Positions 52,730 through 64,000 of a stretch of 64,000 bases of DNA are shown here, in pieces (position 1 is the first letter of the stretch; each line of letters starts with the position of its first letter). Location of the stretch: NCBI GenBank assembly GCA_964016885.1, contig OZ024758.1, positions 15,996,001-16,060,000 of the forward strand. Reading direction: 5' to 3'. Source of the stretch: Eledone cirrhosa. Its lineage: Eukaryota. The position numbers were made by a program, and so were the translations under genes. The notes under the pieces are model-generated. The model made no database searches. It saw only the letters and a list, made by a program, of their open reading frames with translations, and was not told the DNA's origin.

Positions 52730-52984
52730 AATGAAATAAATATTGCATTTCCTGTTTATATACGTTCACATCTTTTCATAACAGTAGCTTTTATGTTTTT
52801 GTTCTTGTTATTATTGTTGATTCTCTGGCTGTTGTTGTTGCTGTTGTTGCTGTTGTTGTTGTTGTTGTTGTTGTTGCTGTTGCTGTTGTTATTGTTTTAG
52901 TCTAGTATATATATATTTCTCGTTACTTTTATTTTTCAACATATCTAATGCAGGTGTATGTATCTATATATATATATATATACT

Positions 52985-53048
<64 letters not shown>

Positions 53049-53097
53049 CGTATATACATATATATATACGTATATATATATATATATATATATATAC

Positions 53098-53143
<46 letters not shown>

Positions 53144-53192
53144 GTATGTATATATATATATATGTATATATGTATATATATATGTATATATG

Positions 53193-53223
<31 letters not shown>

Positions 53224-53224
53224 G

Positions 53225-53268
<44 letters not shown>

Positions 53269-53393
53269 CAAGCCTAACACCCTAATAACCTCAACACAGC
53301 ACCTGACCTGGGAATCGAACCCACGAACTCACGACCTTGCGACCACAAGCCTAAGACTCTAATAACTACAAGGCCACGAACTTTCACTGAAAA

Positions 53394-53815
53394 ACAACTC
53401 CTAGAAATAACTGTTTCTACTATTGGCACAAGGCCAGCAAATTACCAGTACATTACTGGTACTTTATTTTATCGACCCCGTAAGGATGAAAGGCAAAGTT
53501 AACCTCGGCGGGATTTGAACTCAGAATGGCAAGGGCCGTAACTCTATGCGTCAAAGCATGGCGTCCGACCCTCTAATGATACTGCCAATTCACCACAACT
53601 CCTAGAAATAACTGTTTCTACTATTGGCACAAGGCCAGCAAATTACCAGTACATTACTGGTACTTTATTTTATCGACCCCGTAAGGATGAAAGGCAAAGT
53701 TAACCTCGGCGGGATTTGAACTCAGAATGGCAAGGGCCGTAACTCTATGCGTCAAAGCATGGCGTCCGACCCTCTACCGATACTGCCAATTCACCACAAC
53801 TCCTAGAAATAACAG
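53394..53815 (-). mobile_element. Two tandem near-identical Meta-type SINEs (201-bp period)
   Basis: acaactcctagaaataac occurs at 53394, 53595 and 53796. Confidence 0.85.
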
Positions 53816-54026
53816 CCTATATATATATATATATGTTAATTAATTAATTAACATATAATTATAGGAATTAGCTGCATATTGTGTTAATTGGATTAGTTTT
53901 GACGAGGTTGACATCGGGGAAGGAGTAATTGAAATTGGATTTTGTAAAGGTGGTAACGGGGGAAGTGAAACGAAGTGGATTCCACCGGATTTGAATTGGG
54001 TGGGGAGATTTTGGTGTACTTCCTCG

Positions 54027-54755
54027 TACAGATACACAGACAGACATATACATACAGACATATACATACATAGACACAGACATATACATACATAGACACA
54101 GACATATACATACATAGACAGAGACATATACATACATAGACACAGACATATACATACATAGACAGGCATATACATACATAGACACAGACATATACATACA
54201 TAGACACAGACATATACATACATAGACACAGACATATACATACATAGACAGAGACATATACATACATAGACACAGACATATACATATATAGACACAGACA
54301 TATACATACATAGACAGGCATATACATACATAGACACAGACATATACATACATAGACAGAGACATATACATAGACACAGACATATACATACATAGACACA
54401 GACATATACATACATAGACAGGCATATACATACATAGACACAGACATATACATACATAGACAGGCATATACATACATAGACACAGACATATACATACATA
54501 GACACAGACATATACATACTTAGACACAGACATATACATACATAGACACAGACATATACATACATAGACAGAGACATATACATACATAGACAGAGACATA
54601 TACATACATAGACACAGGCATATACATACATAGACACAGACACATACATACATAGACACACACACGCAGACACAAATACACACACAGAGGCAGACAGACA
54701 GACACACAGACAGACATATACATACATAGACAGACATATACATACATAGACACAG

Positions 54756-54798
<43 letters not shown>

Positions 54799-55053
54799 CA
54801 CATAGACACGCGGACACAAATACACGCACAGAGACACACACACAGACAGACAGACACACACACAGACGCATACACAGGCACACACATATACACAGACAGA
54901 CACACACAGACACACACATATACACAGACAGACACACACAGACACACATATATACACAGACAGACACACACAGACACACACAGACACACACATACACAGA
55001 CAGACACACACACACATACACAGACAGACAGACACGCAGACTCACATACACAC
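54027..55053. repeat. Degenerate ~22-bp minisatellite (catatacatacatagacacaga) and CA-rich tract
   Basis: Directly visible. Confidence 0.9.
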
Positions 55054-55104
55054 AAAGATATAAACACTTCATTTCACGTTACCCCAGTATATTCAACAGA
55101 AAAT

Positions 55105-55700
55105 GAGCATGTGGCCTAGTGGTAAGGTTGTTGGACTTACGATCCTAACATCGTGGGTTTGATTCCTGGACTGAGTTGTGTGTTGTATTGTGTTGTGTTC
55201 TTGAGCAAAATACTTCATTTCATATTGCTCCAGTATACTCAGCTGAAAATGAGAACCTGCAAAAGCAGACTGGGGGTTTAACCTTGCGATAGACTGGCGT
55301 CCTAATATCGTGGGTTTGATTCCTGGACTGGGTTGTGTGTTGTGTTGTGTTCTTGAGCAAAACACTTCATTTCATATTGCTCCAGTATACTCAGCTGAAA
55401 ATGAGAACCTGCAAAAGCAGGCTGGGGGTTTAACCTTGCGATAGACTGGCTTCCTAATATCGTGGGTTTGATTTCTGGACTGAGTTGTGTGTTGTGTTGT
55501 ATTCTTGAGCAAAACACTTCATTTCATGTTGCTCCAGTATACTCAGCTGAAAATGAGTACCAGCAATAGCAAGCTGGGGGGTTTAAACTTGCGATAGACT
55601 GGCGTCCTGTCCAGGGGGAAGTCTTGTTGTCTCAGTCCCTTCCGTCACGGGATCGGGACAAGCACCAGCCTGATGAGCCTTCTGGTTCGAGACAGACTTT
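55105..55700 (+). mobile_element. CORE-type SINE with its central ~155 bp triplicated
   Basis: atcgtgggtttgatt restarts near 55150, 55307 and 55459; single head and single tail. Confidence 0.75.
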
Positions 55701-56106
55701 AGAAAATTTTTGTTTGAAGTTGTGGTGTTTTGTTATATTACCTGCTTAAATAAGGCAACGAATTAGAAGAGTTGTTAGAACGTCAGATAGAATGTTTTTT
55801 ATGGCATTCGTTCCGGCTCTCTTCTCTCTGAGTTCAAACCCTGCCGAGGTCAACTTTGTCTTTCATCCTTTCGAGGTCGATAAAAAAAAGTACCAGTCAA
55901 GTACTGAAGTCGATTCTTCCTCTATATCCCTTTCTCATTTCCTCTCTCTCACTTGCTATCTTTCTCTGGAAGAAATCTGATGTACTCAGGCTTGGAGAGG
56001 GATGGGCTCTGCCAGGCTTAAAATGGCCGAGAAACGCCGTATGTCAATATGGCGTCCCTACGACTCTATCAGGAGTTACGGGACCACTCATATATACATA
56101 CATATA

Positions 56107-56516
56107 TGATGGCTGCCAACTCGTTTTCGAGTACGGCCACTACTTTATATCCATGTAGGAGAACCCCTACCGATGCGCTGAACGAGCGTGACTTTTTAGT
56201 CCAGCCAGCGACTTGAAAACTCTGGTACAATCACTACACTTGTGACAATTATTGACACATAGTGCTGGGCCCATGGTACCATGTGATGACAAGTGCAGAG
56301 AGATCTCCAGATATAAAGCAATGCCTGTGCCGTGAAGCTTTTATAGTGAGCAAAGGCACTGCACAAAGCCAGTCCCACTCTCTTAACCAAGATGATATTT
56401 ACCAAAAAGAAGAACAAATCAACATCATTGGATACCATCAGGGTTGCAGGTGTTATATCAGAGTTTTCCTTCTCCTAGAATTCTGCCTTGACAAAGGCTA
56501 AGGGGTCATCTCTCCC
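56107..56516 (-). mobile_element. 5'-truncated copy of the (TATG)n-associated element, inserted in a long-tailed Meta SINE
   Basis: Near-identical to the reverse complement of 33083-33492; TACA-type repeats on both sides. Confidence 0.8.
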
Positions 56517-57047
56517 ATACATATATACATACATATATACATACATATATACATACATATATACATACATATACATACCAGTCTAGTACTGAGGTCGATT
56601 CTTCCTCTATATCTCTTTCTCATTACCTACCTCTCACTTTCTATCTTTCTCAGGAAGAAATCTACTGTACTCAGGCCTGGAGATGCATGGGCTCCGCCAG
56701 GCTTAAGAAATGTCCTAGAAACGCCGTATGTCAATATGGCGTCCCTACAACTCTATTAGAAGTTATGGGACCATACATATTAATACATATATACCTGCTT
56801 AGATAATTCTTATTCAGACGCTGATGTGTTTTAATTAATCCTGAAGAAGATTTAAAATTAAATAAAAAAGGTGTAAGCTGATTAACAGAAATGAAACCAG
56901 GTGTATTTAGCCGTGTTTTATGTTTTGTTTAGTATCGTATTAGATATAGTATTTAGTAATAACCTTATTATATTTAGGTCGAGGTGTCTGGGGGTGTATT
57001 TTGTCTGGCATGTTGGAAAAGGTAGGCTAAGTGTGTGTGTGTGTGTG

Positions 57048-57099
<52 letters not shown>

Positions 57100-57251
57100 T
57101 GTGTGTGTGTGAGAGAGAGAGAAAGAGTGTGTGTGTGTGTGAGAGAGAGAGAAAGAGTGTGTGTGTGTGTGTTTGAGAGAGATAATGTGTGTGTGTGTGT
57201 GAGAGAGAGATTGTGTATGTGTGTGTGTTTGAGAGAGAGAGATCGAGAGAG

Positions 57252-57298
<47 letters not shown>

Positions 57299-57418
57299 GA
57301 GAGAGCGAGAGAGAGAGCGAGAGAGAGAGAGAGAGGTTCCCTCATTGGTTAGTATAGCTAAGAGTATGTTAAGTTGTTGCAACTGTGACGGGAGGATTTG
57401 ATTACAACTCTGTAAACT

Positions 57419-58450
57419 GTGGAGACTTCTGGTGTCCTTGGCCCTAGGGCCACCTCCCTGATCACCACCATGGCACGGAGTTGGTTTCCTGTAGCAGTGG
57501 AGACTTCTGGTGTCCTTAGCCCTAGGGCCACCTCCCTACTCACCACCATCGGTACAGAGTTGGTTACCTGTAGCAGTGGAGACTTCTGGTGTCCTTGGTC
57601 TTAGGGCCACCTCCCTGATCACCACCATCGGTACAGAGTTGGTTACCTGTAGCAGTGGAGACTTCTGGCGTCCTTGGCTCTAGGGCCACCTCCCTACTCA
57701 CCACCATCGGTACAGAGTTGGTTACCTGTAGAAGTGGAGACTTCTGGCGTCCTTGGCTCTAGGGTCACCTCCCTGATCACCACCATCGGTACAGAGTTGG
57801 TTACCTGTAGCAGTGGAGACTTCTGGCGTCCTTGGCCCTAGGGCCACCTCCCTACTCACCACCATCGGTACAGAGTTGGTTACCTGTAGCAGTGGAGACT
57901 TCTGGCGTCCTTGGCCCTAGGGCCACCTCCCTACTCACCACCATCGGTACAGAGTTGGTTACCTGTAGCAGTGGAGACTTCTGGTGTCCTTGGCCCTAGG
58001 GCCACCTCCCTACTCACCACCATCGGTACAGAGTTGGTTACCTGTAGCAGTGGAGACTTCTGGTGTCCTTGGCCCTAGGGTCACCTCCCTGATCACCACC
58101 ATCGGCACGGAGTTGGTTACCTGTAGCAGTGGAGACTTCTGGCGTCCTTGGCCCTAGGGCCACCTCCCTACTCACCACCATCGGTACAGAGTTGGTTACC
58201 TGTAGCAGTGGAGACTTCTGGTGTCCTTAGCCCTAGGGCCACCTCCCTACTCACCACCATCGGTACAGAGTTGGTTACCTGTAGCAGTGGAGACTTCTGG
58301 TGTCCTTGGCCCTAGGGCCACCTCCCTACTCACCACCATCGGTACAGAGTTGGCTACCCGCAGGTGTGAGCCTCGCGAGCTGCAACAGCACTTCCAGTGT
58401 GTTTCCCTCACCACCCTCCGAGGAAACACCTTTTCTAGTCTGTCCGCCGG
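57419..58450 (+). mobile_element. 79-bp minisatellite (about 12 units) formed from the 3' end of a CRE-type restriction-like-endonuclease retrotransposon
   Basis: The unit gtggagacttctgg...cctgtagca restarts at 57419, 57497, 57576, 57655 and onward. The last unit reads PVAVETSGVLGPRATSLLTTIGTELATRRCEPRE...VSLTTLRGN. Confidence 0.7.
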
Positions 58451-58639
58451 GGCTGCGGGGCAACCAGAGCGTGGGACCTCATTTGCTAATAATAGTGAGA
58501 GATGAGGAGAGCTGTTCAGAAACGGTACCTGGAATCAAACCACGTGTTCTGTCATTAATCTGAGACCTTGGTCCATGTGGTCAGATGTAGTTGTGCAAAG
58601 ATAGTTAATCACTTTTCTTAATCTAGTAAAGATTAGAAA

Positions 58640-58800
58640 TAAGGATTTCTATTATAGGCACAAGGCCAGTAATTTTAGGGGTGGGGAAAGTCGATTAAAT
58701 CGACACCAGTGCATTACTGGTACTTCATTTTAGCGACTCCATAAGGATGAAAGGCAAAGTTAACCTGGGCGGGATTTGAACTCAGATCATAAAGGGCCGT
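58640..58800 (-). mobile_element. Meta-type SINE, 5'-truncated
   Basis: Reverse core and B box. Further copies near 60215-60385, 61025-61125 and 63545-63640. Confidence 0.75.
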
Positions 58801-59297
58801 GTCGTCTTGGATTTTCTTACCTTAAGTTGCTCGCACATTGACCGGTTTGTTGTTTTCTTCTCTTTTTCCCCCCTTTGTTTTCCTTCCCCCCATCCTCCGT
58901 TTTCCCAATAACTTATCTAGTTATTGACACCCTGGGGATAGATATCTTGTCTTTAAAGCGTAGAAATATCCGAGACCCCTAGTAGACACACTGATGAGGC
59001 CCCCCCCCCTCCCCACCGTCTTGCTTTCTTCTTATTCCCACTCCATTTTAAGATACCTTAAATACCAACTACACAGCCATTTCTATTCTCCATATATATA
59101 TATATATATATATATCAATTTGTCAAGCTGTCTAAACGTATGTTATTACTCTGAGGCCTGCAACCTTATCGAGTGCTTTGCTGTACATTCCTGATTGTAT
59201 ATCGTTAGCTTGGCCACAGCCAAAACTTTGATTTTACTAAACTTCCATTTGTTTATATACATATATATACACATATATATATATATATTTTTTTTAA

Positions 59298-59508
59298 CGA
59301 TCGACTTTCGTCAAATCGGACCGAGGGAACAATGTTTCCGTCGGTCTTTCCAATTGCTAATACTATCTATCGGTCGCAACTCCAGGTAGAAGGAGCAACG
59401 TGAAATAAAGTGTCTTGCTCAAGGACATAACGCATCGCCTGGTCTAGGAATCGAACTCACAACCTTACGATTGCGAATCCAATTCTCTAACCACTCAGCC
59501 ACACGCCT

Positions 59509-59512
<4 letters not shown>
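59298..59512 (-). mobile_element. Full-length CORE-type SINE
   Basis: Reverse complement of the 16858 family. Confidence 0.85.
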
Positions 59513-59545
<33 letters not shown>

Positions 59546-59983
59546 TTACACATCTGTGTGTGTATGTATGTATGTATGTATGTATGTATGTATGTACGTA
59601 TGTATATATGCGTGCGTGTGTGTGTTTTTAAGTTTACTGTTTGTCAACTTAACAGTTTTGACACAACGAGATCGATAATATAAGTACCAGATTGGAAAAC
59701 GAAGTTAAGTATTAGGATCGATATAATCGACTAAGCCCCTTCAAGGTAGTTCTACTCTAGCATTTTCGCAGTCTAATGACTGAAACCAGGTAAGAAAATA
59801 AAGAGAAAATCTAGAAAAATGTACATGCAGACGTAAATATTGAAAAATATCTTACCCTGAGGACAATAAAAAGATTTTTTTCAACCCTTTAATTTAGATG
59901 AAAACGTGTGGAAATAATGAAAATCTTTCATGTTGAAAGATGAGGTTAATAGTTCGAAAAATTATAATCTTACTTAATATTAA

Positions 59984-60103
<120 letters not shown>

Positions 60104-60108
60104 GCACG

Positions 60109-60139
<31 letters not shown>

Positions 60140-60386
60140 TTATATACACATACATAGTTCAAGAATAGACAAGACAAACTTAGAGATGCGGAAACATATA
60201 TATATATATATAATATAATTGTTTCTACTTTTTAGCACAAGGCCAACAATTACCCAGTGTATTACTGCTACTTTATTTTATCGACCCCGTAAGGATGAAA
60301 GGCAAAGTTAACCTCGGTGGGATTTGAACTCAGAATGGCAAGGGCCGTAACTCTATGCGTCAAAGCATGGCATCCGAGCCTCTTCC

Positions 60387-60462
<76 letters not shown>

Positions 60463-62318
60463 ATATAGTATATACATATACAATTCACCAATGATACACA
60501 CACATATATATATACATATATGTATATATATGTATATATATATATATATATTTGTATATTATTCCTACATTTTCAAACTTCAAATCACCCATTGCTTCGA
60601 TAATTCATTATATATATATATATATATATGATTAAAAAAATTCGATAGAAGCATAGTGTATGACACAGATTTTAGGTTTAACAAGCGATAATAGTTTAAG
60701 TCGAGGTCCGGTATTTTAGTGCCAATTATTTCTATCTACGCCAATGAAATACGAACAAAATCAAAATAGTAAAGCAAAGGGACAATGTTTCAAAATAGAT
60801 ACCATAAAACTGTCTGTGGGAACTGAGAAAATGTGTCTGTCGGTAGAAATGCCTCCAGAAATATGTATAAAATAAAAGTAAAGCTACAACACCGTTCTCT
60901 CAGAAGTACGCTGTAAAGTTCTATATAATTTTCTCTGAACAACTTAGCCGCGGGGCATTGATAAATAACCAGCCGTTTCTTTGACTGTTCACATAATTAA
61001 TAATATAGCAACGAATTACAAAGTCGCTAGGACGTCGTTTCGAATGCCGCCGAGGTCAACTTTGTCTTTCATCCCTTCGAGGTCAATAAAAAAAGTACCA
61101 GTCAAGTACTGAGGTCGATTCTTCCTCAATATATCTTTCTCATTTCGAATCTCTAACTTTCTGTATTGACATTAGCCTTTCTCTTGGACAGCATCAATGG
61201 CGTGGAGAGGGGAGACTGGTATGCATGGGCGACTGCTGGTCTTCCTCAAACAATCTTGCCCGGACTTGTGCCTTGGAGGGGAACATTCTAGGAGTAAATC
61301 CAATGGACATTCGTGACCGAAGGGGACCTTTACACCATATCTGGGCTTTCTTGATTTTGTCATCAGTATCAGAGATGCTTACCTAACCCCTCTAAATACC
61401 TGATATCTTCAACTACAACCAGTGTTACGCCCTTCTTTGCTCTCACCTCAGCATCCACGTCCCGGATGGCAGTCATGTACTCAATTTTCTTTGCATTTTT
61501 GTGCAGCTCGAACTTAGCAACACTTATCACAAGTATTTCACCTTCGAACGTATTTCACACGTATTTCACCTTCGAAATATAGACCTTTTATGAACAATCT
61601 AAAAACAATCTGCTATATTTTAGATAGCTAATATGATTTATTGAGTAGAAAATATTTATATACTGAATTGGGTATTTTTCCAATATGATTTTGATTATAG
61701 TGTCAAGCGCTGCCGAGTCTCAATAAGTTCCCGGAGAACTTACTATACTATGTGACTACAAATCACGTCTGTAGTTAATTCACTTCAGTCTAACCTCACT
61801 CTTACTTTATAAATTCGATGATTTGTGCTGATGCTAGAAATCAATGTAATTTGTAATTTTGGTTTCATTTTCAATATGATACCCTTGAGAAAACTTAGAA
61901 ATAAATCATTTCCACACTATCTTTCACCAGATTTACGCTAGTAAAGTAAAAAAAAAAAAAAAAAATTTAAATAAAGACAAGGATAAAACAAAACAAAAAA
62001 GAAAATAAAAAGAGAAAGAAAAAAGAAAAAAGAAAATTCTAGTTTTTAGTTTAGAAAACAACCTTGTTATTTTTAGTCAAAGAGAAAACAAAAATATGAT
62101 TCGAAAAGAGCTGAAATGAAGAGATAGTGTTATTGTAAGTGTCTGAAAACAGAAACATAACAATAAAAAACATTTTAAAGTAACCTATGGTATGAAACAA
62201 CAATGTTTGAAAAACATTTTAGAGAGAACAAAACTGATATGAAGAAACAAAATACAAAATATATTTACGAACTGAATTTTGGTGGGGTAAACTTTCTATT
62301 GTGAACAATAATATTGCG

Positions 62319-62321
<3 letters not shown>

Positions 62322-62386
<65 letters not shown>

Positions 62387-62451
62387 GTTCTGTCTGTCTC
62401 TCTCTCTCTCTCTGTCTGTCTGTCTTGGCCGTCCGTCTGTCCATCCGCTTG

Positions 62452-62495
<44 letters not shown>

Positions 62496-62537
62496 CTGCT
62501 CTGTCTGTCTGTCTCTCTCTTTCTCTCTCTCTCCTGT

Positions 62538-62624
<87 letters not shown>

Positions 62625-62680
62625 GTTCTGCTCTGTCTGTCTGTCTCTCTCTTTCTCTTTTCTGTCTGTTCGTCTGTATG

Positions 62681-62729
<49 letters not shown>

Positions 62730-62730
62730 C
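62322..62730. repeat. (CT)n/(CTGT)n microsatellite
   Basis: Directly visible. Confidence 0.95.
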
Positions 62731-64000
62731 CACACATGTACGCGCGCGCGCGCCTGCACACATACACACACACACACACAATATATATAAATATATATGT
62801 ATATGTATATAGAAGATGGTGAGGGCAGAATAAGAACAAAGGGGAGACACACAAAATAAAAACCTAGTCACTGAGGAGGTCAGAGAATGTGTGGCGAAAG
62901 AGCTTTGACAATATATAAACAACCTTCCGGTTATCGAACCAGCCAACCAGCCGGAAATTTATAATAAATTGAAGTGAAAACCAACAGATGCGTGTGTTAC
63001 TATTGGCAACATGACCTTCCCAACGTATAACAATATATGCATATATATATATATACGTATATAAATCAGTATATAGAGGAAGTTCACATAGAGGTATGTG
63101 TTTAATTATAGGGGTTAAAAAACCACCGGAGTGAAGAACATATTGTCTACGAAAGGAAAGGTGAATACAGATCAATTAAAAGAATAAATTAAAGTGTACT
63201 AAACATCCAATAATAACTATAACACCTGGACATGTTCAAATTAGAGAATGTTTCACCACAAAAAGTAAAGATTCCATATTGTAGAGGGCTCGTCGGCAGG
63301 TGGACTATAATATGATCCGCACTTCTAAAAATATATCAGATAAATAAGAAAGCACGCATTGTCTAGAGAAAAGACATACGCGTTATATAGCCCATGGTGG
63401 TGTGAATGGACCAAAAGACCACTAAAAACAACAGCTCAGAACCATTCAACTTAAGAAGCTCTACTTACATATAGAAATGAATTAGGAGCCAATATATGAA
63501 ATTAAAAAATGTAGTTAAAGACTTCCATTAATCTCCTATAATTTAATTGTTTCTACTTTTGGCACAAGGCCAGCAATTACCCAGAGCATTACTGGTACTT
63601 TATTTTATCGACCCCATAAGGATGAAAGGCAAAGTTAACCTTACATGTCAACACAAGAGCAAGAATGAAGGGTTCATTCTACTGACATGGCTTTAAAAAT
63701 GAGGCTTGTTTGCATAATTGCAAACGGATCGAATGTTATTATTAATATTCGAAAAATTCAGATTACATTTATTATATATATGCGCAAAACAGTGGGATTT
63801 GTTTAATCGATAATTCAAGATCTCGAAGCAAACTGCAAAACCTCTTGATGGGAGTCCAGATGAGAAATATTTTTAAACTGTCACCACCAGTAGAAGTTCC
63901 CCTTGAAAATACATTAAAAACTCCCAGACTTCCCAATCCATAGGAATATACGGTTGGAAACTGCCCCTAAAAAAGCATAACCGTAGTTGAGTATTTGCTT

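Noticed and set aside
55665-55700. CTGATGA-hairpin-GAGAC in a SINE tail as a hammerhead
   Set aside because: GAAA is absent and no stem I or III closes; it looks like an ordinary LINE-derived tail hairpin.
57419-58360. CRISPR-like array (also considered for 1-757)
   Set aside because: Contiguous tandem units with no unique spacers, no cas genes, eukaryotic context.
63060-64000. Possible degenerate TE or exon sequence at the window end
   Set aside because: No recognisable motif or open frame on either strand.

Overview
This is AT-rich, microsatellite-saturated animal DNA, intergenic or deep intronic. The SINE repertoire (tRNA-headed Meta-type and CORE-type SINEs) and simple-repeat load suggest a cephalopod such as Octopus; this is inference. 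I find no supportable host exon, and almost all of the ORF track is microsatellite translation. The only real coding unit is a nearly intact, GC-rich Tx1-clade (L1 superfamily) non-LTR retrotransposon at ~46112-51818, flanked on both sides by (TATC)n. Its zinc-knuckle ORF1 is split by two +1 shifts in homopolymers, and its 1142-codon APE-RT-zinc-finger ORF2 has no AUG start. The most striking hidden structure is that many short unique islands inside the (TA)n tracts belong to at least eight non-coding families. These mostly form asymmetric fold-back palindromes and carry type I hammerhead ribozyme folds (CUGANGA...GAAA...NUH with pairing stems I-III), some with recurring non-canonical cores. 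They look like (TA)n-targeted Penelope-like pseudo-LTR (Naiad or retrozyme-like) mini-elements. The window also holds mariner, Tc2/pogo-like and piggyBac-like MITEs, RTE and CRE-type LINE 3' fragments, and several minisatellites built from TE pieces (118, ~123, ~157, 201 and 79 bp units). Coordinates of degenerate repeats are approximate (about +/-10 bp), and all folds were paired by eye, not computed.
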